A stretch of DNA of 64,000 nucleotides, taken from the NCBI GenBank assembly GCA_965195345.1, contig OZ239628.1:1536001-1600000 (forward strand). The letters are read 5' to 3'. How positions within the stretch are numbered: position 1 is the first letter of the stretch; each line of letters starts with the position of its first letter. Below the pieces are notes generated by a model. It saw only the letters and a program-made list of their open reading frames with translations, was not told where the DNA came from and did no database searches. The position numbers and the translations under genes were made by a program. Below are positions 11,877 through 22,725 of the stretch, piece after piece. The DNA is from an uncultured Thiomicrospira sp. GTDB taxonomy: Bacteria > Pseudomonadota > Gammaproteobacteria > CAKMZV01.

Positions 11877-11900
11877 ATTTGATATATTAAAGACAATACG

Positions 11901-11977
11901 TGGTCGGGACGGCAGGATTTGAACCTGCGACCCCCACAACCCCATTGTGGTGCGCTACCAAGCTGCGCTACGCCCCG
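11901..11977 (-). tRNA. tRNA-Pro(GGG)
   Basis: Minus strand CGGGGCGTAGCGCAGCTTGGTAGCGCA-CCACA-ATGGGGT-TGTGG...GGTTCAAATCC...CGACCA; cloverleaf, GGG anticodon, CCA end. Confidence 0.96.
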
Positions 11978-12009
11978 AGTTAGCCAGTATTGTACGCGCA
12001 ATACCTATA

Positions 12010-12249
12010 CTATTTGTCGTTTTTTAGACCTTTCTCATCATCACTAACTGGATCATAGCCATGCCCTCCCCAAGGATGACAACGCAACAATCGTTTTACA
12101 CCAAGAATACCTCCATGCCAAAACCCTTTTTTTTTCAAAGCGTCTATCATGTAGGCAGAACAACTTGGATCGTAACGACAATGACTGCCTATGATTGGGC
12201 TAATAAGATATTGATAAAACCTTACAATTCCTATCAGTAGTTTCGTCAC
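12010..12249 (-). CDS. yidD: Membrane protein insertion efficiency factor YidD
   Basis: [33 protein letters not shown]. Confidence 0.96.
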   Translation of the reverse strand: MTKLLIGIVRFYQYLISPIIGSHCRYDPSCSAYMIDALKKKGFWHGGILGVKRLLRCHPWGGHGYDPVSDDEKGLKNDK

Positions 12250-12264
12250 AACATCCAGTTGCGA

Positions 12265-13143
12265 TTAACTTTGCAGAGAACGTAAAGCTGCTATGCGCTC
12301 ACCCAAAGGAGGGTGACTCATAAAGAGGCGAGAAAATTTGCCTCTTTCTCCTCCTGATATACCAAATGCCATCATCTCATCAGGCAATGGTTCTGGATGA
12401 TTAATTTGTAAACGCTCTAAAGCAGCGATCATTTTTTCTTTTCCTACTAATCGAGCAGAGCCTGCATCAGCATAAAACTCCCTTTTTCTTGAGAACCAAA
12501 AAACGATAGTGCTTGCTAATATCCCCAACACCATTTGAGCGACAAGCGACGTAATGAAAAATCCAATTCCATGTCCTCCTTCATTACGAAATATTACTCG
12601 GTCAACAAAATGTCCAATAATCCGCGCAAAGAATATAACAAAAGTATTAACTACACCTTGAATCAGAGTTAGAGTAATCATGTCACCATTGGCAATGTGG
12701 GCTACCTCATGAGCCACTACAGCCTCAGCTTCTCCCTCTGACATTTGTCGCAACAAACCCGAGCTTACCGCAATCAATGACTTATTCTTTGAAGAACCTG
12801 TAGCAAAGGCATTGACTTGTTCCGAAGGGAAAATGCCAATTTCTGGTATGGGCAATCCTGCCTGCCTGCACAATCTTTCAACTGTTTCAATCAACCATTT
12901 TTCTTTGCCACTTGACGGCGCAGTAATTAATTTTACCCGCATCGATCGCTTAGCTAACCATCGCGACAGAAGCAATGAAATGAATGAACCTCCAAAACCA
13001 AACGCCGCAGAAAAAATAAACAAAGACGTATAATTTAGTCCTGTCCCTTCGAGATAAGAACCTACTCCAAATAAACTGAGTACCACACCTACAACTAAGA
13101 GGATAGCCAGGTTAGTTAATAAAAATAATCCAACTCTTAACAT
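12265..13143 (-). CDS. htpX: Zinc metalloprotease HtpX
   Basis: NAFATG, AHEVAHIANGDM (HExxH), FSRKREFYAD, SHPPL. Confidence 0.97.
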   Translation of the reverse strand: MLRVGLFLLTNLAILLVVGVVLSLFGVGSYLEGTGLNYTSLFIFSAAFGFGGSFISLLLSRWLAKRSMRVKLITAPSSGKEKWLIETVERLCRQAGLPIPEIGIFPSEQVNAFATGSSKNKSLIAVSSGLLRQMSEGEAEAVVAHEVAHIANGDMITLTLIQGVVNTFVIFFARIIGHFVDRVIFRNEGGHGIGFFITSLVAQMVLGILASTIVFWFSRKREFYADAGSARLVGKEKMIAALERLQINHPEPLPDEMMAFGISGGERGKFSRLFMSHPPLGERIAALRSLQS

Positions 13144-13199
13144 TTTTACTCCTTATAAGTAAACTTAACAAAATTCATATAACAACAGTCTTGATCAAC

Positions 13200-14477
13200 T
13201 CACAAATCTTCTACTTGTATTTTCCCTGTTAAAAACTTCAGTTGTAGAGCGTCCAGCCATAACTGCAATTGAATTGAGCGCAGATCCGTTTTAGCAGATA
13301 TTAAGTTACGCCGCGCGTTCACAACTTCTATCAATTCACTCAATCCCACCAACAATGATTCATTTGTTGCCTCAAGAGCAGATTCTTGCGCCTTTACAAG
13401 TGCACTAAGCGCTGGCAGTTGCCCTACCCCATTATCAACACGTGCCAAAAGCTGATCCAGCTGAGCAATAATCTCTCTTTCAGTATTTTCAACTTGAAAT
13501 GCTGAACTACGCACCAAAGCTTTCGCCTCATCATGCTGTGCTTGACGCACTCCACCATTATAAAGCACCCAATTGAAATTGAACTGAATACCGATATCTC
13601 TTGAGTCCTGAAGCGAAGTAGTTTCAGTTTCAAATTCGGTTTGTAGCCAAGAAACAGTGAAGTTGGCCGTAGGAAATATACGTTGCGCAACCGCGTCAGC
13701 ACCTTTATTCGCTGCTTTTATGCCTTGGCGCTCTTGCAACAATCGAAGATTATTATTCTTCACTTGCTGCACTAACTCTTCCAAAGGTAATTTATACGCT
13801 TCAATTGAATTCAGGCTAAAGTTGACATCTTCGATATTCTTAACACGTTTGCCAACAATAGAGTCGAGTACTGAAAATGCCGATTTCACATTATTGCGCA
13901 TCGCAAGCAAACTGCTTTCACTCAGTCGCAAGTCCGCTTCGGCTTGAAGCATATCAACGCGAGTGCCGCTACCGACCTCTAATCTCTGCCTAGCACGATC
14001 TGCCAAATTCCTACTGGACTTTAACTCCTGATCCGCCAAGTCTAAACGTGTTTGAGCCAAAAGAACATTCACATACGCTTGAGCCACGTCAATCATCAAG
14101 TTTTGACGAGCTAAATCTCTACCAATTTCAGATTGCTCAAGCAAAGCATTTACCTGACTGAGCCTTTTAAAAACTTCTCCATTGAATAAAACTTGTTGAA
14201 CTCGAAGTTGATGCCTGTTAAAGTCAGAAACACCATTGGTACTGTCATCATCCCTACTAACACTAAAAGTATAGTCAATTACTGGGTAAATATTGCCTAT
14301 TGCAATGTCTTTTTGAGCGCTTGCGGAATCTCTTTGAACGTCTGCTTGCAGCAAATTTGGATTATTTGTCAACGCATATTCAAACAAAGTACGCGGATTA
14401 TCAGCATAAACAGAAGTTACTGTTAATGTCCCTAATGCTACTCCAGATAGAAAAGCTTTAATCAATCCATTTATCAT
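13200..14477 (-). CDS. TolC-family outer membrane efflux protein
   Basis: Signal peptide, AL.NNP.L, two OEP repeats (VAQAY.NVL, R.EVG.GT..D..QA; LY.GG). Confidence 0.88.
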   Translation of the reverse strand: MINGLIKAFLSGVALGTLTVTSVYADNPRTLFEYALTNNPNLLQADVQRDSASAQKDIAIGNIYPVIDYTFSVSRDDDSTNGVSDFNRHQLRVQQVLFNGEVFKRLSQVNALLEQSEIGRDLARQNLMIDVAQAYVNVLLAQTRLDLADQELKSSRNLADRARQRLEVGSGTRVDMLQAEADLRLSESSLLAMRNNVKSAFSVLDSIVGKRVKNIEDVNFSLNSIEAYKLPLEELVQQVKNNNLRLLQERQGIKAANKGADAVAQRIFPTANFTVSWLQTEFETETTSLQDSRDIGIQFNFNWVLYNGGVRQAQHDEAKALVRSSAFQVENTEREIIAQLDQLLARVDNGVGQLPALSALVKAQESALEATNESLLVGLSELIEVVNARRNLISAKTDLRSIQLQLWLDALQLKFLTGKIQVEDL

Positions 14478-14940
14478 AAGGATTCTTTGCTAAATTTATA
14501 TTGTAATAACGTGGATCTGCAGTAACTTCATCACCAACCCATTCGGGCAAATCCACTACTTCTTGTTCAATTGATTCAAGTTCTATTTCAGCAATAATCA
14601 AACCTTCATTATTACCCTTGAACACATCAACTTCCCAAAACAAACCATTGTGCATAACAGGCCAACGTAACTTCTCAATTTTGTTCGTAGTAGATAAATC
14701 AAGTATTTTTTCAGCCTCGGAAAAAGAGATTCTATATTCAAATTCGTCACGAGTATGCCATTCTCCCTTAACAAACTTAATATTTACTGAACCATGCGTA
14801 CCTTGGGTTCGCACACGCACCGACACCCCATCGTTTTCACTAATAACTGCTTGGCATATTGGAATTGAAGCACTGGCAAATTCTTTCCAACTTTCATTGA
14901 TGACTAAGTACTTTTTTTCGATCTCTCTTTTATAACTCAT
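14458..14940 (-). CDS. CYTH domain protein (triphosphate tunnel metalloenzyme)
   Basis: EIEKKYLV (ExExK), VRVR, RDEFEY, WEVDVF, AEIEL, EVT.DPRY.N; start set at ATG 14940. Confidence 0.92.
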   Translation of the reverse strand: MSYKREIEKKYLVINESWKEFASASIPICQAVISENDGVSVRVRTQGTHGSVNIKFVKGEWHTRDEFEYRISFSEAEKILDLSTTNKIEKLRWPVMHNGLFWEVDVFKGNNEGLIIAEIELESIEQEVVDLPEWVGDEVTADPRYYNINLAKNPYDKWID

Positions 14941-14950
14941 AGCATTACCA

Positions 14951-15841
14951 TCAAGCAAAAACGCCTGTTGATAAATAACGATCCCCTCGATCACATACTA
15001 TGGAAACAACTACATCTTTTTTGCTTAACGTGGACGCCAATTTAAGAGCGCAGTACAAAGCACCACCTGAAGAGATCCCAGCAAAAATGCCTTCTTTTTG
15101 AGCCAATTTACGCGTCAAATTTTCTGCCTCGTTTTGATTCACTTCCATAATTTCATCAACCCGCTCTCTTTCAAAGAATTGAGGCAAGTACTCTGGTGGC
15201 CATTTGCGAATGCCAGGAATTTGGGAATTATCATCCGGTTGTACACCAACAATTTGTATCTTTGGGTTTTTTTCTTTCAAATATCGTGAGCACCCCATAA
15301 TCGTCCCTGTAGTCCCCATTGAAGAAACAAAATGCGTGATTTTCCCAGCAGTTTGTTCCCATAATTCTGGCCCAGTGGTTTGATAATGCACATTGGGATT
15401 ATTCAAGTTTGCAAATTGATTGAGTACCAAACCCTTCCCTTCTTTTTGCATTTGCAAAGCAAGGTCACGCGCGCCTTCCATTCCCTCGTCCTCTGTTACC
15501 AAAATTAATTGGGCACCATAAGCTGTCATTGCCGCGCGCCGTTCAACACTTAGATTATCGGGCATGATTAAAATCATTTTAAATCCCCGTATCGCTGCAG
15601 CCATAGCCAGTGCTATCCCAGTGTTACCGCTAGTGGCTTCAATCAATGCATCACCTTTTTTAATGATGCCACTTTTTTCAGCTTGAGAAATCATATTCAA
15701 GGCAGGCCTATCCTTTACAGATCCTGCAGGATTGTCCCCTTCTAATTTCAGCAATACAAGAGCCCCATTCTCCGATTGCAAGCGCTGCAAGCGAATCAAC
15801 GGCGTATTTCCAACACAATCTTCTATAGTCGGCCAACTCAT
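14951..15841 (-). CDS. cysM: Cysteine synthase B
   Basis: KLEGDNPAGSVKDR, EATSGNTG, SMGTTGT, IPGIRKW, CDRGDRYLSTGVF. Confidence 0.96.
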   Translation of the reverse strand: MSWPTIEDCVGNTPLIRLQRLQSENGALVLLKLEGDNPAGSVKDRPALNMISQAEKSGIIKKGDALIEATSGNTGIALAMAAAIRGFKMILIMPDNLSVERRAAMTAYGAQLILVTEDEGMEGARDLALQMQKEGKGLVLNQFANLNNPNVHYQTTGPELWEQTAGKITHFVSSMGTTGTIMGCSRYLKEKNPKIQIVGVQPDDNSQIPGIRKWPPEYLPQFFERERVDEIMEVNQNEAENLTRKLAQKEGIFAGISSGGALYCALKLASTLSKKDVVVSIVCDRGDRYLSTGVFA

Positions 15842-18105
15842 GCTTTTACAGTCTCAGCTTTTTTCACAGGCTTTTGTTTCTTCTCAAATATCAACTGAAG
15901 TTCATCCTGTGCATTGACATCAACAGATACTTGCCCGCCCTTTTTCAGCTTGCCAAACAATATCTCATCAACTAATTTGGTAGTTAGTTCGTTTTCTATT
16001 AAGCGAGTCATCGGACGCGCACCCATTTTAGTGTCGTAGCCTTTGAGTGCCATCCATTGACGTGCCTTAGGACTAACATTCAACCCCACTTTTTTATTTA
16101 ATAGTCGTTTTTCAAGTTCAAACAAAGACTTATCAACCACTTGTAAAATACTTTCATGATTTAAACTATTAAACTGCACCACTGCATCCAATCGATTGCG
16201 AAACTCAGGAGTGAAAACTTGTTTCATTGATTTTTCAATATCATACTCATGGTCCTGCTCAATGAATCCCAACAAAGATTTATCTGTGTTTTCTGAACCC
16301 ACATTACTCGTCATAATTATAATCGTATTTTGAAAATGTGCTTTATTGCCATTATTGTCTGTCAATATTCCATAATCCATCACTTGTAACAAAATATTAA
16401 ACAAATCTGGATGCGCTTTCTCAATTTCATCTAGTAAAACAATGGAATGCGGGTTTTTGACGACAGCCTCGGTTAAAAGCCCTCCTTGATCAAAACCAAC
16501 ATATCCAGGAGGTGCGCCTATAAGCCGCGATACTGTATGACGTTCCATGTACTCAGACATATCAAATCGCACCAGTTCGATCCCGAGTTGCAAAGCTAAT
16601 TGGCGTGTTATTTCCGTTTTCCCAACACCAGTCGGACCTACAAAAAGAAAAGAACCCAATGGCTTGTTTTCGTTATTCAATCCAGCTTTGGACATTTTAA
16701 TAGTCTTTGTTAATACTTGAATCGCCTTACTCTGTCCAAAAATAACGCGTTGCAAATCATCACCAAGCACTTTAAGCTTTTGAGTTTCAGAAGTGGTCAT
16801 TTGTGAAACGGAAATTTTGGTCATTTGAGAAACCACTTTTTCCACTTGATCAACACCTATCGTGGTACTTTCACTATCTGAAAGTTGAACACAAGCACCT
16901 GCTTCATCAAGCACATCAATGGCTTTATCAGGCGCCTTTCGACCATTTATATAGCGGTAAGATAACTCAGCTGCTTTCTCAACTGCTTTAGGGGTGAAGC
17001 GTACACTGTGGTGTTTTTCTAACGTGCTCTTAAGTCCTTTAAGGATATTGATTGTCTCAATCAAACTTGGCTCATCTACATCAATTTTCTGGAATCGACG
17101 AGAGAAGGCTCTATCTTTAACAAAGATTTCACGATACTCTTCATGAGACGTAGCGCCTATGCATCGCAACTCTCCTGAAGCAAGCAATGGTTTAATTAAA
17201 TTAGAGGCATCTAAAGCACCACCACCTGTCGCTCCAGCCCCTATAAGAGTATGAATTTCATCAATAAACAATATAGCATTCTCATGCTTGGCAATATCAA
17301 CGAGGACCCCTTTTATGCGCTTTTCAAAATCTCCTCGATATTTAGTTCCAGCAATTAACCCACCCAAATCAAGAGAAAAAACTTCAGCTGTCAAGAGTTT
17401 TTGAGGAACCTCACCGCATACGATCTTTAAGGCCAACCCTTCAGCTATAGCCGTTTTTCCCACACCAGGGTCTCCCACAAAAAGAGGATTATTTTTGCGC
17501 CTGCGACATAAGATCTGAAGACACCGTTGCACTTCGTTTTCACGACCTATTAGCGGATCAATATTGCCAATAATTGCCTTATCGTTCAAGCTAACTGCAT
17601 ACTTTGAGAGCGCATTGCTTTCAAAGTCAGACTCACTGCCTTCATCGTCCATATTGTAGGAAGCATCTTCTGGCATACCATGCGCGAGCCAAGCAATAAT
17701 ATCAAGACGTTCAACGCCTTGCTTTTCGAGAAAATATACGGCATGACTATCGGGTTCGGCATAAAAACTGACTAAAACATGAGAGGGAAGCACTTCCTCC
17801 TGTCCATTACCTTGAACTTGAAAAATAGCTCGTTGCACAACTCTTTGGAAGCCAACACTCGGATGAACATTAACACTATCATCTCCAACGCTGAGATTTT
17901 TGATCGGCATTTGTGTAGCAAGGAAGTCATCAACTTCTTGTTTTAATTTCTCACAATCGGCGTCACAATTATTTAATATCTCTAAAACTTCATCGTCATC
18001 CAGCATGACACGAAATAAGTGCTCAAGTGTCACTATTTCATGATTCATACTTTGTGCTAATACAAAGGCTTCGTTCAATATATTTTGTAAATTGTCATTT
18101 AACAT
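15838..18105 (-). CDS. clpA: ATP-dependent Clp protease ATP-binding subunit ClpA
   Basis: Two AAA+ modules ([16 protein letters not shown]), 755 aa, adjacent to clpS. Confidence 0.97.
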   Translation of the reverse strand: MLNDNLQNILNEAFVLAQSMNHEIVTLEHLFRVMLDDDEVLEILNNCDADCEKLKQEVDDFLATQMPIKNLSVGDDSVNVHPSVGFQRVVQRAIFQVQGNGQEEVLPSHVLVSFYAEPDSHAVYFLEKQGVERLDIIAWLAHGMPEDASYNMDDEGSESDFESNALSKYAVSLNDKAIIGNIDPLIGRENEVQRCLQILCRRRKNNPLFVGDPGVGKTAIAEGLALKIVCGEVPQKLLTAEVFSLDLGGLIAGTKYRGDFEKRIKGVLVDIAKHENAILFIDEIHTLIGAGATGGGALDASNLIKPLLASGELRCIGATSHEEYREIFVKDRAFSRRFQKIDVDEPSLIETINILKGLKSTLEKHHSVRFTPKAVEKAAELSYRYINGRKAPDKAIDVLDEAGACVQLSDSESTTIGVDQVEKVVSQMTKISVSQMTTSETQKLKVLGDDLQRVIFGQSKAIQVLTKTIKMSKAGLNNENKPLGSFLFVGPTGVGKTEITRQLALQLGIELVRFDMSEYMERHTVSRLIGAPPGYVGFDQGGLLTEAVVKNPHSIVLLDEIEKAHPDLFNILLQVMDYGILTDNNGNKAHFQNTIIIMTSNVGSENTDKSLLGFIEQDHEYDIEKSMKQVFTPEFRNRLDAVVQFNSLNHESILQVVDKSLFELEKRLLNKKVGLNVSPKARQWMALKGYDTKMGARPMTRLIENELTTKLVDEILFGKLKKGGQVSVDVNAQDELQLIFEKKQKPVKKAETVKA

Positions 18106-18107
18106 GT

Positions 18108-18404
18108 TTATTCCTGCTCTGCCTCACATAAAAGGGGATGACCATTTTTTCTTGCATAAGCGTTAACTTGTTGTACTTTAGTTTCTGCCACATCCCTCGT
18201 ATAAATTCCTGCCAGTCCTTTTCCTTCATGATGGACTTTCAAGGTTATATTTTTAGCCTCTTCTGGGTTTTTTTGAAAAAATGTACACAATACTTCAACG
18301 ACAAAATCAAAAGTTGTAAAGTTGTCATTAATCAATAACACTTTAAACATCTTTGGACGGCGTACTCGTGTACTTACCGAGGAGACTGTGCTTGTTTTAC
18401 TCAT
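18108..18404 (-). CDS. clpS: Clp protease adaptor ClpS
   Basis: KVLLINDNFTTFDFVVEVL, VHHEGKG, AETKV, HPL. Confidence 0.96.
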   Translation of the reverse strand: MSKTSTVSSVSTRVRRPKMFKVLLINDNFTTFDFVVEVLCTFFQKNPEEAKNITLKVHHEGKGLAGIYTRDVAETKVQQVNAYARKNGHPLLCEAEQE

Positions 18405-18485
18405 AATAGATCTTAGTCGCTGCTTTCTTAATTATTCTGATTGATTATATTCTTCTTAGTTATCTCATTATGGTGCTACGTGTAT

Positions 18486-20000
18486 TTATTTCAAGAAGAA
18501 ATCGTAAGCTTTATTATCACTCTCTTCGAAAAAGGGATAATCAAGTTCTTCAAGAAATTTATAAAAATCCCCCTCATCCTCTTTAGAAATCTCCATGCCC
18601 GCAAGCACTCGCCCATGTGAAGAACCGTGATTTCGATAATGAAATAAGCTGATATTCCATCTTCTTCCAATTTTCTTTAAAAAATCCAACAAAGCTTTAG
18701 GTCGCTCAGGAAATTCAAATCGAAATAGCCTTTCATTTTTTAAAGAACCAGCCCTTCCTCCAACCATATAACGCACATGCGTTTTTGCTAAGTCATTATC
18801 GGTTAAATCACGTGCACTAAACCCTTCCGATCCAAGTTTATCTATGAGCTTACGAGGCATTGATGCATCACCATTGATACCGAGACCAACAAAAACATGG
18901 GCTTGTGTTGAATCGGAGTAGCGATAATTAAATTCAGTAATATCATTATTTTCGAGCAATTTACAAAACTCTAAAAAACTTCCAGGTTTTTCTGGGATAG
19001 TGACACTCAATAATGCCTCTTGATGCTCGCCAATCAAAGCACGTTCAGCCACATAGCGTAACCGATCGAAATTCATATTCGCGCCGCTAACTATGCACAC
19101 CACTTCATCCAATTCTTTATGCAGTTGCAAGTAATTTTTCATTCCTGCAAAAGCAACTGCACCAGCTGGCTCTGATATTGACCGAGTGTCTTCAAATATA
19201 TCTCGAATACTTGCACAGATTTCATCATTAGTGACTGTTATAAAGTCATCTACATTGTGTTCGACAATCTGCCATGGATGGTATCCAATTTGTTTGACTT
19301 GTACGCCGTCGGCAAATATCCCTACTTGATCAAGAACAACACGCTCCTTTGCTTCATGTGCAGCTTTCAAACATGCTGAGTCCTCAGGTTCAACGCTAAT
19401 TATCCTTACTTCAGGATACAACGCCTTCATATACGCTGCAATACCGGCAATCAACCCACCACCACCAACAGGAACAAAAATTGCCTTGGGTGGTTTTTTT
19501 AATTGCTTCATTATTTCCATTGCAATTGTCCCTTGACCCGCAATGATATCGGGATCATCGAATGGAGGCACAAAAACTGCGCCTGTCTCCTCTGCTCTCT
19601 TAGAAGTAAATGCTTTGCTTTCATCCAAAGTATCTCCATGCAAAATCACTTCCCCGCCGTATTTCTTCACCGCGTCTACTTTAATCCTTGGAACAGTTAT
19701 CGGCATTACTATTGTCGACTTTATCCCTAAATGACTCGCGGCTAAAGCGACTCCCTGAGCATGATTTCCTGCAGAAAAGGCAATAATACCGCGTTTTTTC
19801 TCAGCCTCGCTAAGCTTACTAATCTTGTTGTACGCTCCGCGCAGTTTAAAAGAGAAACCCAATTGCAAATCTTCTCTTTTTAAAAAAACTTCGCATTGCA
19901 AGCGATTCGAAATATTCGCTGCTTTTGTTAACGGAGACTCCTGTACAACCTGATAAACGGGTGCATCCAATATTTTCTTTAGGTAATTGTGTACTTGCAT
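18486..20000 (-). CDS. ilvA: Threonine ammonia-lyase, biosynthetic
   Basis: KREDLQ..FSFKLRGAYN, SAGNHAQG, PVGGGGL, two C-terminal regulatory repeats (PEKPG, FPERP). Confidence 0.97.
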   Translation of the reverse strand: MQVHNYLKKILDAPVYQVVQESPLTKAANISNRLQCEVFLKREDLQLGFSFKLRGAYNKISKLSEAEKKRGIIAFSAGNHAQGVALAASHLGIKSTIVMPITVPRIKVDAVKKYGGEVILHGDTLDESKAFTSKRAEETGAVFVPPFDDPDIIAGQGTIAMEIMKQLKKPPKAIFVPVGGGGLIAGIAAYMKALYPEVRIISVEPEDSACLKAAHEAKERVVLDQVGIFADGVQVKQIGYHPWQIVEHNVDDFITVTNDEICASIRDIFEDTRSISEPAGAVAFAGMKNYLQLHKELDEVVCIVSGANMNFDRLRYVAERALIGEHQEALLSVTIPEKPGSFLEFCKLLENNDITEFNYRYSDSTQAHVFVGLGINGDASMPRKLIDKLGSEGFSARDLTDNDLAKTHVRYMVGGRAGSLKNERLFRFEFPERPKALLDFLKKIGRRWNISLFHYRNHGSSHGRVLAGMEISKEDEGDFYKFLEELDYPFFEESDNKAYDFFLK

Positions 20001-20087
20001 AAAAGAGTAAAAGATTTTTTAACTTATAATACGCTACAGTACGTAGCATGAAGGTCTTTTATTTTACTGCATTTATCCAAACAATCT

Positions 20088-20750
20088 ATGAATCAAAATA
20101 CACTTAAACAAATGGTTGCAGAAGCAGCTCTCGATTTTATAAAACCTGATTTTATTGTTGGAATCGGAACTGGAACAACAACCAATTACTTTATAGACAA
20201 ACTCGCGACGATGCGCGGACAAATAAAAGGGACTGTGGCAAGTTCACAGGCCAGTGCGCAACGATTGCAAGCACACAATATCCCAGTATTTGAACTTAAC
20301 GACGTTTCTGAAATAGAAGTTTATATTGACGGGTGTGATGAATCAGACAAATTTCTCCATTTAATTAAAGGTGGCGGTGGTGCATTAACACGTGAAAAAA
20401 TCCTTGTTGCCAATGCAAAAAAGTTTGTGTGTATTGCGGACCAGTCAAAACTTGTATCCACGCTTGGAAACTTTCCTCTCCCAATTGAAGTAATCCCAAT
20501 AGCACGTAGTTATGTTGCCAGAGAAATATTTAAAACAACAGGGGGAGAGCCTGTATGGAGGAAAGATTACATTACTGACAATGGAAACCAAATCCTTGAT
20601 ATTCATGGATTGGATATAGTGGACCCCAAAGCACTTGAATCAAAAATCAATCAAATTGTTGGCGTTGTAACGAACGGTCTTTTCGCACTTCGAAGTGCCG
20701 ACATTCTTTTAATTGCAGAACCTGAAGGAATACAAGAGATACACTCGTAA
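20088..20750 (+). CDS. rpiA: Ribose-5-phosphate isomerase A
   Basis: [30 protein letters not shown]. Confidence 0.97.
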   Translation: MNQNTLKQMVAEAALDFIKPDFIVGIGTGTTTNYFIDKLATMRGQIKGTVASSQASAQRLQAHNIPVFELNDVSEIEVYIDGCDESDKFLHLIKGGGGALTREKILVANAKKFVCIADQSKLVSTLGNFPLPIEVIPIARSYVAREIFKTTGGEPVWRKDYITDNGNQILDIHGLDIVDPKALESKINQIVGVVTNGLFALRSADILLIAEPEGIQEIHS

Positions 20751-21253
20751 TGTATAGTATGAAAATATTACCAGCCATTTCACTATTTGTAATCGTATTA
20801 GGCGTCATCTTTTTGTGGTTTTCACCAAGTTATGGTTACGATGCCCCCAAACTGAGTGTTATCGATATTGACTCTCAAAAACACAACACTGTTAATCCTG
20901 AAGCACCCACACTAATTACTTTTTGGGCTACCAATTGCCCGCAATGTATAGCCGAAATGCCTGAGATGAAAAAACTGCACGAACAGTGGCAAAGCAAAGG
21001 ATTTAAGATCCTCGCCGTTGCTATGTCTTACGATTCTTTAGGTGCTGTTCGTACTTTCCAACGGAATGCTCAATTATCTTTTCCCATCGTATTCGATACA
21101 AATGCTCGCATATCAAAAGCTTTTGATAACGTACGCCTGACCCCAACGCATTTTCTAATTGACAAAAACGGGAAAATTATTTTTCAAACAATCGGTGATC
21201 CGAATTTCAACAGACTACATGGTTTAATAAAACAGTCATTCGATGCAACATGA
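20750..21253 (+). CDS. TlpA-family thiol:disulfide oxidoreductase
   Basis: N-terminal TM helix, FWATNCPQC..EMP, TPTHFLID. Confidence 0.88.
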   Translation: MYSMKILPAISLFVIVLGVIFLWFSPSYGYDAPKLSVIDIDSQKHNTVNPEAPTLITFWATNCPQCIAEMPEMKKLHEQWQSKGFKILAVAMSYDSLGAVRTFQRNAQLSFPIVFDTNARISKAFDNVRLTPTHFLIDKNGKIIFQTIGDPNFNRLHGLIKQSFDAT

Positions 21254-21996
21254 GCACCTCCTTGCGCTCAAGCGCACCCAGCATTGCCTTTATTGGGGGC
21301 ATGGATCCAAGTGGCGGAGCGGGCCTTGCTGTTGACATTCCCGTAGCAAGAGCATTGCAAATACATCCACTTCCTATAGTAAGCGTACAAACTTCCCAAA
21401 ATACAACCAATGTACTCGATAGCTCTATAGCACCTCTTTTTCAAAAACAACTTGAAAGCATTTTAAATTGCAATATTCAAGCCATCAAAATTGGACTGAT
21501 TGCTAAGGAGCACATACAAATAATTTCTTCATTTATTAAACGCATGAATGTACCAGTTGTTTTTGATCCAATTATTTTTGCTGGAGGTGGTTACACGTTT
21601 CATGAAAACCCTAAGTTATTGCATGATTTACTTTTAAATAGCATCGTTACCCCTAACTTAAATGAAGCGCAAATACTTACTGACTATTCACCCGATCCAG
21701 TCAATTATTTGTTTAACTTAGGTTGTAAGGCAATTGTTTTGACCGATGATGTATTCAAAGGAGACACACATATCTCTCTACACAAAAAAGGCGAAAAAAA
21801 AATATTACGATACTCGTATCGCAAACAAGAAAACAATTTTCATGGAACTGGATGTTTATTCACAAGCAGCCTAATTAGTTATTTGGTTAAGAATGAAAAA
21901 ATAGAAGAGGCTGTTGAATTAGCACTTCAATACTGCCAAAATGCTATTAAAAAAGGTTACTCAATTGATGAAGGGCAATTGATACCTAAGATATGA
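21250..21996 (+). CDS. thiD: Hydroxymethylpyrimidine/phosphomethylpyrimidine kinase
   Basis: DPSGGAGL..DI, IKIG, VFDP, TPNLNEA, HGTGC. Confidence 0.85.
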   Translation: MSTSLRSSAPSIAFIGGMDPSGGAGLAVDIPVARALQIHPLPIVSVQTSQNTTNVLDSSIAPLFQKQLESILNCNIQAIKIGLIAKEHIQIISSFIKRMNVPVVFDPIIFAGGGYTFHENPKLLHDLLLNSIVTPNLNEAQILTDYSPDPVNYLFNLGCKAIVLTDDVFKGDTHISLHKKGEKKILRYSYRKQENNFHGTGCLFTSSLISYLVKNEKIEEAVELALQYCQNAIKKGYSIDEGQLIPKI

Positions 21997-22049
21997 TTAG
22001 TGAAGATATTTAAAGAATATTAAAAAATATTATTTATCCTAAATAGCAC

Positions 22050-22532
22050 TCAGTCAAGCATGATCTCTTCATAAAACTGTTCATTTCGCAGCGAGAACAA
22101 TCTATAAACAACATCACCTACCAACTTAATAAACTGCGGAAAATGACGTTCATCTAAACGCATAAGCGCCGCCGCCGCCGCATCTATATAAATGGGAACT
22201 TTTTGATTCAAAGCAATATCTTTTAAAAGAATATAACCTTTGCTGCGATATTCTTTTTTCTGAAAACTTGCAATCCCATCGCCTTCAATAATGATAGCTA
22301 ATTTAGTATTTGGAGTATTCTTTCGTAAAAAAAGTATTTGTTCGTGGAGGTTTTTGATAGCTTCAGCAGTTTTCTTTGCGGTTTGTGCGCGCATGATAAA
22401 AACCACACCCTCTGGCTCAACTACTCTCTCACTCATTTCTTTCACTGCCTCTAATACAGCAGCCTGACTTGTCGCTGTATGCATCAGGAAAAGTAGTGTG
22501 AAGCACTGTAGAAATAATTTAATCATATACAA
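22050..22532 (-). CDS. Exported DsrE-like hypothetical protein
   Basis: Signal peptide; P.GVVF, LAIII.GDG, FP.FI pattern resembles secreted DsrE-family proteins. Confidence 0.5.
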   Translation of the reverse strand: MYMIKLFLQCFTLLFLMHTATSQAAVLEAVKEMSERVVEPEGVVFIMRAQTAKKTAEAIKNLHEQILFLRKNTPNTKLAIIIEGDGIASFQKKEYRSKGYILLKDIALNQKVPIYIDAAAAALMRLDERHFPQFIKLVGDVVYRLFSLRNEQFYEEIMLD

Positions 22533-22725
22533 GCATTATCCCATTAAATCGCATCAGAATGAAAATAAAAGACATTACCCTTATACCAAGGTTAGGGTGA
22601 ATTAAATTGGTTAAAAAAAATTAGTAAAAAACAATTCCTTCTCGCCAAACTTCATAAAAATCATTCCAATTTCAATCAACAACCACAAATAATCGCACAG
22701 CCGCTTTTCGCAAACAAGATTCCAA

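Noticed and set aside
11877-11945. N-terminal extension of thrC
   Set aside because: Translates tRNA-Pro sequence
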